The notes below the pieces were generated by a model. The model did not search any database. It saw nothing but the letters and a program-made list of their open reading frames with translations, and was not told the DNA's origin. The position numbers and the translations under genes were made by a program. This document shows positions 20,063 to 29,784 of a DNA stretch of 64,000 bases, piece by piece. Origin of the DNA: a virus; IMG/VR virus record IMGVR_UViG_3300020202_000079, positions 215-64,214 of that record; one strand, written 5' to 3'. Within the stretch, counting starts at the first letter, position 1; every line of letters starts with the position of its first letter.

Positions 20063-21538
20063 ATGTACGGCCACCAACCGTACGGAACGACGCCGTACGG
20101 CGCCTCCGAACCGCCGGAGGCTGTCGCAGAGATCGTCCTCGCCGACAAGTGGACGCCGCCATTCTCGGAGCCGGTGCGCCGCCGCGTCGACCCGCAGGCG
20201 CATGCGGCGAGGCTTGCCGCCGAAGGCTTCCGCATCGATCCGGCTGCCCTGACGTTCGCCGAAGCGGTGACGGCCGACCGGTGGGTGCCACCGCTGTCGG
20301 AGCCGGTGCGCGTCCCGCGCCGGCTTCCGGCCGGCGAGCAGCAGTTCGCGGCCTTCACCGGCTTCGCGCCGTTCGCCGAGGCCGTCAGCCCGGATCGCTG
20401 GCAGGTCGCGTTCCAGGAGCCGATCCGCCGGCTGCCGCAGATCGAGCCGGGCTCGCAGCTCTTCGACATGCGCACGGACATCGCGCCGGCGCTGATCTGG
20501 TTCCAGCCGCTGTCGGAGCCGGTCCGCTTCAGGCGGGCATTGCCGGCATGGCAGCAGCAGTTCGCCGCCTTCGTGCAGTTCGCACCCTTTTCGGAAGCCG
20601 TCAGCGCCGATCGCTGGTATCCGGCGCTGTCGGAGCCGCGGCGCTATGCACGCCGGCTGCCTGCCCATGCGCAGCAATTCGCCGCCTACCAGGGCTTCGA
20701 GCCGTTCACGGAAGGCGTGACGGCCGACCGCTGGGTGCCGCCGCTGTCAGAGCCGGTGCGTTTCCCGCGCCGGCTTCCGGCCGGCGAGCAGCAGTTCGCG
20801 GCCTTCACCGGCTTCGCGCCGTTCGCCGAGGCCGTCAGCCCGGATCGCTGGCAGGTCGCGTTCCAGGAGCCGATCCGCCGGCTGCCACAGATCGAGCCGG
20901 GCTCGCAGCTCTTCGAAATGCGCACGGACATCGCGCCGGCGCTGATCTGGTTCCAGCCGCTGTCGGAGCCGGTTCGCTTCAGGCGGGCATTGCCGGCATG
21001 GCAGCAGCAGTTCGCCGCCTTCGTGCAGTTCGCGCCCTTCGCGGAAGCCGTCAGCGCCGATCGCTGGTATCCGGCGCTGTCAGAGCCGCGGCGCTATGCA
21101 CGCCGGCTGCCTGCCCATGCGCAGCAATTCGCCGCCTACCAAGGCTTCGAGCCGTTCACGGAAGGCGTGACGGCCGACCGCTGGGTGCCTTCGCTATCGG
21201 AGCCGGTGCGCTTCCCGCGCCGGCTTCCTGCCGGCGAGCAGCAGTTCGGGGCGTTCGTACAGTTCGGCCCCTTCGGCGAGCTGCTTTTCCCCGATCGCTG
21301 GGGACAGCCGCTCTCGCAGCCGGTGATCTACCCGCGGATGCTGGCGACGTCGCTGCAGCAGTTCCGGGCCTGGTCGGAATGGCCGGTGACGCTCGACCAG
21401 CCGGTGATCGCGCTGGTGGCGTCGATCGGCTTCGACATGGCACCGCTCAGCCGCTTCGCCGAGATGCTCGATGACGAGGGCGCAATGAAGGCCTTCGCGG
21501 CGATCCTGAACCCCTGGTTCCTCTCGGATAGGTCATAG
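20063..21538 (+). CDS. Repeat-rich tail-module protein
   Basis: 34-39 aa DRW..LSEP.R..RRLP..QQFAA units arranged in 150 aa super-repeats. Confidence 0.8.
   Translation: MYGHQPYGTTPYGASEPPEAVAEIVLADKWTPPFSEPVRRRVDPQAHAARLAAEGFRIDPAALTFAEAVTADRWVPPLSEPVRVPRRLPAGEQQFAAFTGFAPFAEAVSPDRWQVAFQEPIRRLPQIEPGSQLFDMRTDIAPALIWFQPLSEPVRFRRALPAWQQQFAAFVQFAPFSEAVSADRWYPALSEPRRYARRLPAHAQQFAAYQGFEPFTEGVTADRWVPPLSEPVRFPRRLPAGEQQFAAFTGFAPFAEAVSPDRWQVAFQEPIRRLPQIEPGSQLFEMRTDIAPALIWFQPLSEPVRFRRALPAWQQQFAAFVQFAPFAEAVSADRWYPALSEPRRYARRLPAHAQQFAAYQGFEPFTEGVTADRWVPSLSEPVRFPRRLPAGEQQFGAFVQFGPFGELLFPDRWGQPLSQPVIYPRMLATSLQQFRAWSEWPVTLDQPVIALVASIGFDMAPLSRFAEMLDDEGAMKAFAAILNPWFLSDRS
20267..21248 (+). repeat. 450-bp tandem repeat, about 2.2 copies
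   Basis: Identical blocks offset by exactly 450 bp (e.g. 20371/20821, 20701/21151). Confidence 0.95.
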
Positions 21539-23113
21539 ATGTTCGGTCGCGCACCCTACGGCGACGCCGCTTATGGCGATGCGTCGCAGCGGCCCGCCGG
21601 CTTCACCATGTTCGTCGGCGCCGTGCTCGCGGTGGATTTCGCCTACCGCATCTTCGTCGCCACGCGCGAGCTGGTCACCGTCGCCGCCGACAGTCCGGCG
21701 AACCAGGCTTTCGTCGGCTCGCTCGAACAGGCCCTGCGCTTCCGCCGCTCGATCGTCCAGCAGGATGGTTTCGGCGGCTTCGTCGTCGGCCAGGGCGAGC
21801 TGACCGTCCAGAATACCGACGGCGCCTTCGACGCCCTGCCGCAGAGCTACGCGCTCGACGGACGCGAGGTCGAGGTCAGGCACGGCCGCGTCGGCGACCG
21901 CTATGCCGACTGGTTCGTCGCCTTCAAGGGCGTCGCGGCCGACGCGCATGTCGACGAGGCGGCGCTGACCGTGCCGCTGCAGGACTATTCGTTCCGGCTC
22001 GAGGCGCCGCTCAACGCCAACCGCTATGGCGGGACGGGCGGCGCCGACGGCGGCGAGGATCTGGCCGGCAAACGCAAGCCGCGGGCCTTCGGCTTCGTCG
22101 AGAACGTGGCGCCGCCGCTGGTGACGCCGACCTCGCTGATCTACCAGGTCAATGACGGACCGGTCGGGGCGATATCGGCGGTCTATGTCCGCGGGATGGC
22201 GCTGACGCCGGGCAGCAACCATGCCAGCTATGCCGCGCTTGCCGCCGCCACGGTATCGTCGGGCACGTTCCACACCTGCCTGGCGGAAGGTTTCTTCCGG
22301 CTGAATTTCGTGCTCGAGGGAGAGGTTACCGCCGACGTCGAGGGCGATGCCAGCGGCGCCGGCTATGTCGAGACGCGCGCCGGCATCGTCAAGCGCATCG
22401 TCGAGCTCGCGACCGACATCGCCACCGACGCGACCGGCCTCTACCTGCCGGCCTTCACGGCATTCGAGGCCGCCGATTCCGCAGCCGTCGGCTGGTGGGC
22501 CGACCACAATGACGGGTCGAGCGTCGCCGATGCGATCGCACAGGTGATCGGGGCCGCGGCCTGGGCCGGCTTCCGCCGCGACGGGCGCTTCGAGGCGATG
22601 CGCTTCTCGCTGCCGTCAGGTGCGCCGGTCTGGCGCTTCGACAAGACGCTGGTCCGCGACATCCGCCGCGAGAGGCTGCCGTCCGGCCTGACGCCGCCGC
22701 CATGGCGCTGGCGCGTGCCCTGGGGGCGCAACTGGACGGTGATCTCCGACCCGGCCGGCGCCGTCTCAGAAGCGCGGCGCGCCTTCCTGGCGGAGGAGGT
22801 GCGGTACGCCGGCGCCGAGGCCGCGGCCATCAAGGTCGATCACCCGCTGGCGCTGGAGCGGACGATCGGGGGCGCGGCTTATGCGGAAGCTGCCGCCGCG
22901 CAGGCCGAGGCCGACCGGCTGCTGGCGCTGCATCGCCGCAGCGCCGCGATCTATCGCATGACCTTCGACCTCAGGCCGCTGGTGCTCAATGTGGGTGACG
23001 TGATCGAGGCGACCTATCCGCGCTGGGACCTTGCCGAAGGGCGGCTGCTGCGCATCGTCGAGATCGGCGAGGACGCCGCAGCCGGTGAGATCGAGATCGT
23101 GGGTTTCGGCTGA
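21539..23113 (+). CDS. Tail tip/hub protein
   Basis: GKRKPRAFG..NVAP, IYQVNDGPV, C-terminal LNVGDVIEATYPRWDL. Confidence 0.7.
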   Translation: MFGRAPYGDAAYGDASQRPAGFTMFVGAVLAVDFAYRIFVATRELVTVAADSPANQAFVGSLEQALRFRRSIVQQDGFGGFVVGQGELTVQNTDGAFDALPQSYALDGREVEVRHGRVGDRYADWFVAFKGVAADAHVDEAALTVPLQDYSFRLEAPLNANRYGGTGGADGGEDLAGKRKPRAFGFVENVAPPLVTPTSLIYQVNDGPVGAISAVYVRGMALTPGSNHASYAALAAATVSSGTFHTCLAEGFFRLNFVLEGEVTADVEGDASGAGYVETRAGIVKRIVELATDIATDATGLYLPAFTAFEAADSAAVGWWADHNDGSSVADAIAQVIGAAAWAGFRRDGRFEAMRFSLPSGAPVWRFDKTLVRDIRRERLPSGLTPPPWRWRVPWGRNWTVISDPAGAVSEARRAFLAEEVRYAGAEAAAIKVDHPLALERTIGGAAYAEAAAAQAEADRLLALHRRSAAIYRMTFDLRPLVLNVGDVIEATYPRWDLAEGRLLRIVEIGEDAAAGEIEIVGFG

Positions 23114-23865
23114 TGGGCAAGGCTGCAGTGCTTTTCGAGAACCTCGCCGACCTTGCGTCGGTCATCGCGGGCAGCCAGGTGATCACGACGCCGGCCGCCA
23201 ACGTGCAGAACGAGCACGTGGCGCGCAAATGGCGCTCGCGCATCTCCAGCGACTACCTGCTGTTCGACTTCGGCGCGTCGACGGCGATCGACACGGTCGC
23301 GGCGATCGGCCTGACGGCAACGACGGCGCGGTTCCGTTTGTCGACTGCCGACGCTTCCGGTGCGGCGGGCGACGCCTGGGACACCGGCACGGCGGCGGTC
23401 AGCCAGGCCTACCTGCAGGCGATCGCAGTGCGGGCGGCGAGTGTTGCCGGCCGCTATCTCCGCATCGACCTTGCCGGCACCGGGGACTTCGTCGAGTGCG
23501 GCCGCGTCGCCGCCGGCGTGCGGGGCCGCTTCTCGCGCAATTTCGCCTATGGCTGGGGCCGCGCCTGGGCCGACCCGTCGTTGCGCACGAAGACCCGCGG
23601 CGGGCAGACGCAGATCGGCCGGGAAACGTACTACCGCACGCTGGAGCTGCCCTTCGAGGTGATCAGCCCCGTCGACCGGCAGGGGTTTGTCGAGACGATG
23701 GACCGTGTCAATGGCGCCAGCACGGATGTGCTGTTCATGACGGATGACGAGAGCAGCGAGCTCGCGCGCGACAGCGTGTGGGGCCTCGCCGCCGACGTCT
23801 CGCCGGTCGTCCAGCCCTACTTCGAAACCTTCAGCAAGACCTATCGCATCGAGGAACGCCTCTGA
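23113..23865 (+). CDS. Minor tail protein (distal-tail-like)
   Basis: GRYLRIDL, NFAYGWGRAWADPS..TKTRGG motifs. Confidence 0.65.
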   Translation: MGKAAVLFENLADLASVIAGSQVITTPAANVQNEHVARKWRSRISSDYLLFDFGASTAIDTVAAIGLTATTARFRLSTADASGAAGDAWDTGTAAVSQAYLQAIAVRAASVAGRYLRIDLAGTGDFVECGRVAAGVRGRFSRNFAYGWGRAWADPSLRTKTRGGQTQIGRETYYRTLELPFEVISPVDRQGFVETMDRVNGASTDVLFMTDDESSELARDSVWGLAADVSPVVQPYFETFSKTYRIEERL

Positions 23866-24761
23866 TGGCCTATGTGCAAAAAGACAACGTCGCGGAATCC
23901 TCCATCACGACGGGCACCGGCGAATACGAGCTCGCCGGCGCAGTGTCGGGGTATCAGGAATTCGGCGACGTGATGGCCAATGGCGACGTCTGTAACCTGG
24001 CGGTCAGGGGCGGCGCGAACTGGGAAACCTTGCTCGCAACCTACAACAGCGGGACGAACAGGCTGGCGCGCACCGCCGTGATCGAGAGCTCGAACGGCGG
24101 CGCCGCGGTGGACTGGCCGGCCGGCACCAAGACGCTGATCATGGCGCCGCTGGCGTCGACGACGCTGGATCGGCGGTCGGCGCTGGTGCACGACAACGCT
24201 TTGATCATAGCCAACGCTGCGGATCCGACGAAGCGCGCCCACCTCGATACGAGTGGTGTCACCGCCGGACAGGACCGTGCCCTCACGGTGCCGAACTTCA
24301 ATGGCACGCTAGCGACGCTGGCCGGCACTGAAACGCTGACCAACAAAACACTCACGTCTCCAACCATTGACACCGGCATCTCCGGGTCCGCTATCGCTGA
24401 TCAAGCCGCGATGGAAGCTGCGTCGTCCCTGGCGCTGGTCGTCACTCCGGGTCGGCAGCAGCTTCACCCGAGCAGCGTCAAGGGTTGGGCGTATTTCGGC
24501 GTCACCGGCAATCTGGCGGCGTCCTACAACGTCACCAGTGTGACGGACAACGGAATTGGTGACGCGACCGTCAATTGGGGCACCGATTTCAGTACTGCAA
24601 ACCACTGCGACCTCGTCAGTGTCGAGGTTTCAGGCGGCACGTTCGGGGCGCCAAAAAAATACAACGCCACCGCAGGAATCACGAGTGTCGCAAACTTCAA
24701 CTCCTCCTTCGTCTTAGCAGATCCCGGGGCGTGGGCGGTGGCCTCTTTAGGAGATCAATAG
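23865..24761 (+). CDS. Tail fibre protein
   Basis: DNVAESSITTGTG N-terminus, TETLTNKTLTSP, KGWAYF...SYNVTSVTDNGIG..TVNW C-terminus. Confidence 0.8.
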   Translation: MAYVQKDNVAESSITTGTGEYELAGAVSGYQEFGDVMANGDVCNLAVRGGANWETLLATYNSGTNRLARTAVIESSNGGAAVDWPAGTKTLIMAPLASTTLDRRSALVHDNALIIANAADPTKRAHLDTSGVTAGQDRALTVPNFNGTLATLAGTETLTNKTLTSPTIDTGISGSAIADQAAMEAASSLALVVTPGRQQLHPSSVKGWAYFGVTGNLAASYNVTSVTDNGIGDATVNWGTDFSTANHCDLVSVEVSGGTFGAPKKYNATAGITSVANFNSSFVLADPGAWAVASLGDQ

Positions 24762-25445
24762 ATGACCCCAAACATGGTGCTGTTGTGGACCCGCCCCGAC
24801 GGCAGAACGGCGATCATGCGCCCCGCCCTGTTGCCGCTCATCCGCATGCAGATGCAGCGCAAGGACTATGAGCCGGCTGAGGATATGCAGACCGTGGCAG
24901 AGGCTGGAGTCCCGGCCGAGCAAGCGAAAGAGTATGTCGCGCGGCGATACGATCGCGACCATGAACTCGGCAAGTTGAAGTCGAACGGGAGCCCAGAGGC
25001 TCGCGTCGCGGCCGCACTCGCCTTCTTCGACGCCGAGGAGAAGGGTGGGCTGACGCTCGAGGAAGCCTGCCGTGTGATCGCCATGAAGGACGGTGCATGG
25101 GAAGGCGGCGAGATCACGGTCTGCACCGAGGAGGACTTCCTCAACGCCTGCGGCGGCGATGTCGGGCTGCGGCATGCAGTTCGAGCTGAAAAGGGCAAGC
25201 CAGTCATCGACATGGCGCTGGCGCGAGATCTCCATCGGCACAGGCTGCGCAGCGAACGGGTTCCAGAGCTGGCTGCTCTCGACGTCGACTATCAGCGCGC
25301 CGACGAGGCCGGCGACGGTGCCGCCAAAGCCCGTGTTGCGGCGCGCAAGCAGGCACTGCGCGACGTGCCCAGGGCGAAAGCGATCGAGGCGGCCGACACG
25401 CCCGCAGCGCTTGGCAAGCTCACGCTTGAGGCGTTGACAAAATGA
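24762..25445 (+). CDS. Tail fibre assembly chaperone-like protein
   Basis: IDMALAR...ERVPELAALDVDYQRA...KQALRDVP motif; follows the fibre gene. Confidence 0.65.
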   Translation: MTPNMVLLWTRPDGRTAIMRPALLPLIRMQMQRKDYEPAEDMQTVAEAGVPAEQAKEYVARRYDRDHELGKLKSNGSPEARVAAALAFFDAEEKGGLTLEEACRVIAMKDGAWEGGEITVCTEEDFLNACGGDVGLRHAVRAEKGKPVIDMALARDLHRHRLRSERVPELAALDVDYQRADEAGDGAAKARVAARKQALRDVPRAKAIEAADTPAALGKLTLEALTK

Positions 25446-26578
25446 CGGCCAACCTCGTCGACCTTCTGCAGGACACTCCGGCCAACGATGAGCTGACACT
25501 GACCGAAGAGACACACCTCCATACCCCATACACGCGGCAGCATGGGGTCAGGATCAACCGGAATGGAAAAAAGCTCTGGCTGACTCAGCCGCTTACCTTT
25601 GCCCCGCTCAACCCGGCCGAGACTATGAAGTTGCTCGGGCCAGGTCCGATCCAGTGGACGAAGGCCAATGCAGGCAACGAGCGTGCCCTGATCATGAAGG
25701 GCGGCTTCGAGATCGAGGATGCTCAGGTATTGCTCGACGTCTCGCGCAGCGGGTCAAACCTGAGCTTCAGCGCTCCGGCATGGCTCATCGAGATCGACGC
25801 GCCTGACGCCTGCGCGCCGGCCCGCATCGACGGCGTGAGCGCCAGCGGCAACTTTCAGTACGGCGCCGGCTTCTTGAACGGAAAGCAGTGCGCCGGCCTT
25901 GAAGCGCTCGAGGTCGCTGGCGGGCCGCTTCGCTACATCCACGGCGGCATCATCCTCGTAGGTGCGCGCCATACGCGCATCAAGCACGTGGCCACCCAGC
26001 ACGTCTCATGGACAAGCTTTTTTGCCAACCTGTTCGAGGATCTCGAATTTTTCTACACGAGCGCTTCGATCTCGGGAGATGGCACATCCGGCGACGGTAT
26101 GATGATCGGCAGCGGCAACGGGCTCCGCGTCATCGGGCATCGCAACAAGTTTGGCTCTTGCTATGGCGGCTTGGTGAAGCCGGACGCCAACATCCCGCTG
26201 GTGAACGCGCTGTTCGAGAACTGCGATTTTTCGGCCGGTCTGACAGCCGGCTTCTTTGGTCAAGGCTACAGCGCATCGCAACGAATCGAAGGCCTTACGA
26301 TCACCGGTTGTCAGTTCGCGTATAATGGCGGTCGCGCGGTGCAACTCCGAAACGTCAACGGGCTGCGCGTCATGTTCAACGAGTTCTGCCACAACAACAA
26401 CAGCAACCTGGATGACGGTTCTCAGATCGCGTTCGTGGATGCAAATAATATGCCGACGAGCAACGCTCTGGCCAATGTCCATGTAGCCGAATGGCACCAC
26501 AACAGCCGCGTGAAACAGTACGGCACAGAGTTCAGCCCGCCGGTCGAGGACTATAAGCTACCCTACGTGCCAATTTAG
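25442..26578 (+). CDS. Right-handed beta-helix protein (tailspike/pectin-lyase-like)
   Basis: G/N-rich coil repeats (FENCDFS, ITGCQF, VQLRNVNG, MFNEFCHN). Confidence 0.6.
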   Translation: MTANLVDLLQDTPANDELTLTEETHLHTPYTRQHGVRINRNGKKLWLTQPLTFAPLNPAETMKLLGPGPIQWTKANAGNERALIMKGGFEIEDAQVLLDVSRSGSNLSFSAPAWLIEIDAPDACAPARIDGVSASGNFQYGAGFLNGKQCAGLEALEVAGGPLRYIHGGIILVGARHTRIKHVATQHVSWTSFFANLFEDLEFFYTSASISGDGTSGDGMMIGSGNGLRVIGHRNKFGSCYGGLVKPDANIPLVNALFENCDFSAGLTAGFFGQGYSASQRIEGLTITGCQFAYNGGRAVQLRNVNGLRVMFNEFCHNNNSNLDDGSQIAFVDANNMPTSNALANVHVAEWHHNSRVKQYGTEFSPPVEDYKLPYVPI

Positions 26579-26587
26579 TGGTATAGC
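26579..26587 (+). promoter_or_regulatory. Possible extended -10 promoter (TGgTATAGC) for the methyltransferase moron
   Basis: Motif lies in the AT-richer gap upstream of the GAGGGG SD. Confidence 0.3.
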
Positions 26588-26619
26588 AGCTATCTAAACG
26601 GCTGTTGAGGGGTACTTTC

Positions 26620-27396
26620 GTGCAGAAGATTGGGAGGGACGTTTCGGCCGCTCAATATTGGGCTGACAAGAACGAGCAGTACGTGGCTGCGTTGGCAAAT
26701 TCCTACCATGCGCATCGGCTTGGAGTGGTAAAAAGCCTGATCGGGCAGTTCGATCCAGCCGGCAAAACTGTTCTCGATTTCGGCTGCGGCGACGGCGTCA
26801 TGCTGGATCATTTCGCTGGCGCGACGAAGATTGGTATCGAGCCGGACAAAGGCCTGATCAGCCATGCGAGAGCACGAGACGCCTCTGCTACGTTCTATCT
26901 CGGTGGACCTGCCGAACTTGCCAAGGTTCCAGACGCTTCTATCGACCTCGTCCTGTCGCTGAACGTCAACGCGTACATGACCGATGCCGAAGACCGCGCC
27001 TTCTACGAAGGGGTTCGGCGCGCTCTAAAGCCGGGCGGCGTGCTCGTCATCACGCACTCGAATGAGTTGTTCGACCTGTTCACGCTCAACGCGTACACGG
27101 TGCACTTCTTCGAGACCCATTTCGGCACCGCCAATGCCCGGTGGCTTCTGGTTCGGCCATCCGAGCCGGCGGATGCGACCTACAACATCCGCGAAAATCC
27201 TCTTACGTATGGTCGGAAGCTGGCGTTGTTCGGTCTCGTCGAAGAGCGGCAGGAATTCATCAACTACCACGAGAAGCCTCCGCTGCTGGGAAAGGACCGG
27301 GCGGTCTATCGCGACACCCTTCAGGTCCCAGAGCACGATCGCTGGAAGCTCATGTTCCAGTGCAGCACCTTCGGGGCTCGAGCCCGCAAGGCCTAA
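26620..27396 (+). CDS. Class I SAM-dependent methyltransferase (non-DNA type)
   Basis: VLDFGCGDG motif I, IGIEPD, SIDLVLS, RALKPGGVLVI; GTG start inferred from SD (ORF open from 26605). Confidence 0.85.
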   Translation: MQKIGRDVSAAQYWADKNEQYVAALANSYHAHRLGVVKSLIGQFDPAGKTVLDFGCGDGVMLDHFAGATKIGIEPDKGLISHARARDASATFYLGGPAELAKVPDASIDLVLSLNVNAYMTDAEDRAFYEGVRRALKPGGVLVITHSNELFDLFTLNAYTVHFFETHFGTANARWLLVRPSEPADATYNIRENPLTYGRKLALFGLVEERQEFINYHEKPPLLGKDRAVYRDTLQVPEHDRWKLMFQCSTFGARARKA

Positions 27397-27592
27397 GCAA
27401 ACCCGACCGCGACGTTCGTCCGCGGCGTGTTCCGCTGGCCGCCCGCCTTGCCGCTCAAGCGTCAGGGGGCGTTAGCCTCGGCATTCCTCTCCCGTATGTG
27501 AGCTTTCCGTACCAGTAGCGGCGCTCAAAGCCCTTTCCACATTTCGCACTCCCTCAAAACACTCTGCCGGAAACGGCGGAAGGAGAAAACCA

Positions 27593-28306
27593 ATGGCTCT
27601 TCGCAAGAAGACGACCCTGCTTGTCGTGCACGTGACCGCAACGCCGCCCTCGGCCGACATCGGCGTGAAGGAGGTTCGCGCGATGCACAAGGCCCGCGGC
27701 TGGGCGGATATCGGCTACCACTACGTCATCCGGCGCAGTGGCAAAGTCGAGGCCGGCAGGCCCGATAACCAGATCGGCGCGCATGTCGAGGGTTTCAACT
27801 CGGTCTCGATCGGCGTCTCGCTGGTCGGCGGGGTCGATGCCAAGGGCAAGCCGCAGGACAACAAGACGCCCGATCAGGAGCGCGCTCTGGAAAAGCTGCT
27901 GCGCGAGCTCACCGGCCGCTACTCCGGCGCCAAGATCTGCGGTCACCGCGACCTGTCGCCCGATAGGGACAAGGACGGCGTGATCGAGGCGGCTGAGTGG
28001 ATCAAGGCCTGCCCCTGTTTCAACGCCATCCCCTGGGCTGCTGCGCGCGGCCTGCCTGCAGCGGCGATCAAGGGGCCGTGGGGCGGCTCGGCGGACAAGC
28101 CCGCTCCCGCAGCGCCGGACGCGCGCGGCGTCTACCTGCAGCGGCTGCTCGCCAAGGCGGTCGGGGAATCGTTCGGGCCGATCGACGGCATCATCGGCGA
28201 CAAGACCGGAAAGGCGGTCGAGCGCTTCCAGAAGATGGTCGGCCTGGCCGTCACCAAGCAGTTCGACAAGGCGACCGTAGCCAAGCTGCGGGCGATGTTC
28301 GAATGA
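27593..28306 (+). CDS. Endolysin: N-acetylmuramoyl-L-alanine amidase with C-terminal peptidoglycan-binding domain
   Basis: VVHVTAT, GWADIGYHYVI, GAHVEGFN, CGHRD, KACPCF; DGIIGDKT..AV.RFQ. Confidence 0.93.
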   Translation: MALRKKTTLLVVHVTATPPSADIGVKEVRAMHKARGWADIGYHYVIRRSGKVEAGRPDNQIGAHVEGFNSVSIGVSLVGGVDAKGKPQDNKTPDQERALEKLLRELTGRYSGAKICGHRDLSPDRDKDGVIEAAEWIKACPCFNAIPWAAARGLPAAAIKGPWGGSADKPAPAAPDARGVYLQRLLAKAVGESFGPIDGIIGDKTGKAVERFQKMVGLAVTKQFDKATVAKLRAMFE

Positions 28307-28641
28307 GCAAAGCGACGGGGATCGTCGCTGTGCTGCTCGACGGCGAGAACAAGCACGACCGCGCCCGGGAGAAGCCGGGCTCGTTCTTCTACTGCTCGAC
28401 GGAAAGCCACGGGCCGTCGGCAGGCATCATCCATTCGTGCCCGTGCGGCTGCGGCAACCTGGGCCATCTGAATCTCGACCCTGCGGCAGGGCGGCCTCTA
28501 TGGACCAATGCTGGCACGCGCGAGAAACCGACGCTCACGCCATCTGTAGGCATCAAGAAATACCGCGACGATCAGGACGTCGAGGCTGATGGCTACCACT
28601 GGCACGGCTACCTGACCAACGGCGTCTGGACGTCCTGCTAA
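28303..28641 (+). CDS. Cys/His protein, DUF6527-like
   Basis: CPCGCG, PTLTPSV, HWHGYLTNGVW. Confidence 0.65.
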   Translation: MSKATGIVAVLLDGENKHDRAREKPGSFFYCSTESHGPSAGIIHSCPCGCGNLGHLNLDPAAGRPLWTNAGTREKPTLTPSVGIKKYRDDQDVEADGYHWHGYLTNGVWTSC

Positions 28642-28689
28642 TCCGCGCCCGGCCGGCCGCCGGGCACCTTCAAATCAAGAGACTTTCCC

Positions 28690-29184
28690 ATGCGCAAGCT
28701 ATTCGCTTTCGCCGCGCTGGCCCTCGCCTGCGCGGTTCCGGTCCTCGTCGCGATCGCAGCTTCCGTCGCCCTCGCGCAGGAAACCGCCATTCCGGCGGAC
28801 GACTTCCTCGCGCCGATCCGGCCTTATCTCAACGAGCTGATCAGCGTGCTGGCCATTGCTTTCGTCGGCTGGCTCACGACCTGGCTCCGCTCGCTGTTCA
28901 AGGTGAACCTTGACGAGAAGCACCGCAACGCGTTGCACGCCGCGCTCGAGAACGGCGCTCGCCTCGCGATGGAGAAGCTCGACGCCTCGCTCAAGGACAA
29001 GAAGATCGATGTCGGCAGCCCGCTGGTCAAAACGGGGCTGGATTACGTGCTCAAATATTCGCCGGATGCGATCAACTATTTCGGGCTGTCCCCGGAGAGG
29101 GTGCGCGAGATGCTGCTCGCCAAGTTCGCGCCGCCGCCTGAAGCCGCCGCTGTGGCCGAAGCGGTCGCCGGCGAGAAGAAGTAG
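28690..29184 (+). CDS. Holin-like membrane protein
   Basis: Two hydrophobic segments, LHAALENGA motif, lysis-cassette position. Confidence 0.55.
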   Translation: MRKLFAFAALALACAVPVLVAIAASVALAQETAIPADDFLAPIRPYLNELISVLAIAFVGWLTTWLRSLFKVNLDEKHRNALHAALENGARLAMEKLDASLKDKKIDVGSPLVKTGLDYVLKYSPDAINYFGLSPERVREMLLAKFAPPPEAAAVAEAVAGEKK

Positions 29185-29189
29185 CGAGC

Positions 29190-29432
29190 ATGACGCTCGC
29201 GATCGTCGCCGGCCTGATCATCGCCGTGCTGGGCGCCATCTTCTGGGCGTCCCGCACGGGTGCATCGGCCGCGCGCGCCAAGGCTGGACGCGATGCTGCT
29301 GAGGCTAAGGCAGAAGCCGCCATCAAACACCTCGAGATGCGCGACGAGGGCCGGAAGATCGGGCTTGATGTCGAGAAGCTGACCGAGGCCGAGCTGGATG
29401 CCGAGCTCAAAGGGTGGAGCCCGAAGAAATGA
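29190..29432 (+). CDS. Putative inner-membrane spanin
   Basis: N-terminal TM followed by Ala-rich coiled coil. Confidence 0.55.
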   Translation: MTLAIVAGLIIAVLGAIFWASRTGASAARAKAGRDAAEAKAEAAIKHLEMRDEGRKIGLDVEKLTEAELDAELKGWSPKK

Positions 29433-29644
29433 GGATGCTCGTTTTCGCATCGATCCTGATGCTCAGCGCGTGCGCGGCTCCGAAACCGGAGCCGATCATC
29501 ACGGATCCGCGCGCCGTCTGGTGCGCGGAGAATTCGCCCGAGCGGCCCAGCGAGGCCGAGATCGCGGTGATGCCGATCGAGCGCAAGCGCGCGATAGTCG
29601 AGCACAATCGCAAGGGCGTAGCCTGGTGCGGGTGGGAACCATGA
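29429..29644 (+). CDS. Putative outer-membrane spanin lipoprotein
   Basis: Lipobox LSAC, Pro-rich linker, two further Cys. Confidence 0.65.
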   Translation: MRMLVFASILMLSACAAPKPEPIITDPRAVWCAENSPERPSEAEIAVMPIERKRAIVEHNRKGVAWCGWEP

Positions 29645-29784
29645 TCCTCGCCCACATCGTCGCCGGCGTTCGGGCTGGAGCTGCGCTCGATCCTGAAGCG
29701 CGAGCGCAGCGCATCGATCGAGCCAATGCGCGCGTCACGCGTTGTGCGAGGCACTATGACAGCCTGGCGAAGAAGCTGAAATGA
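29641..29784 (+). CDS. Small hypothetical protein (47 aa)
   Basis: ATGA-coupled on both sides. Confidence 0.45.
   Translation: MILAHIVAGVRAGAALDPEARAQRIDRANARVTRCARHYDSLAKKLK

Noticed and set aside
20063-26578. Diversity-generating retroelement acting on tail genes
   Set aside because: No reverse transcriptase in the window; the 450-bp copies are tandem, in frame and do not differ specifically at adenines
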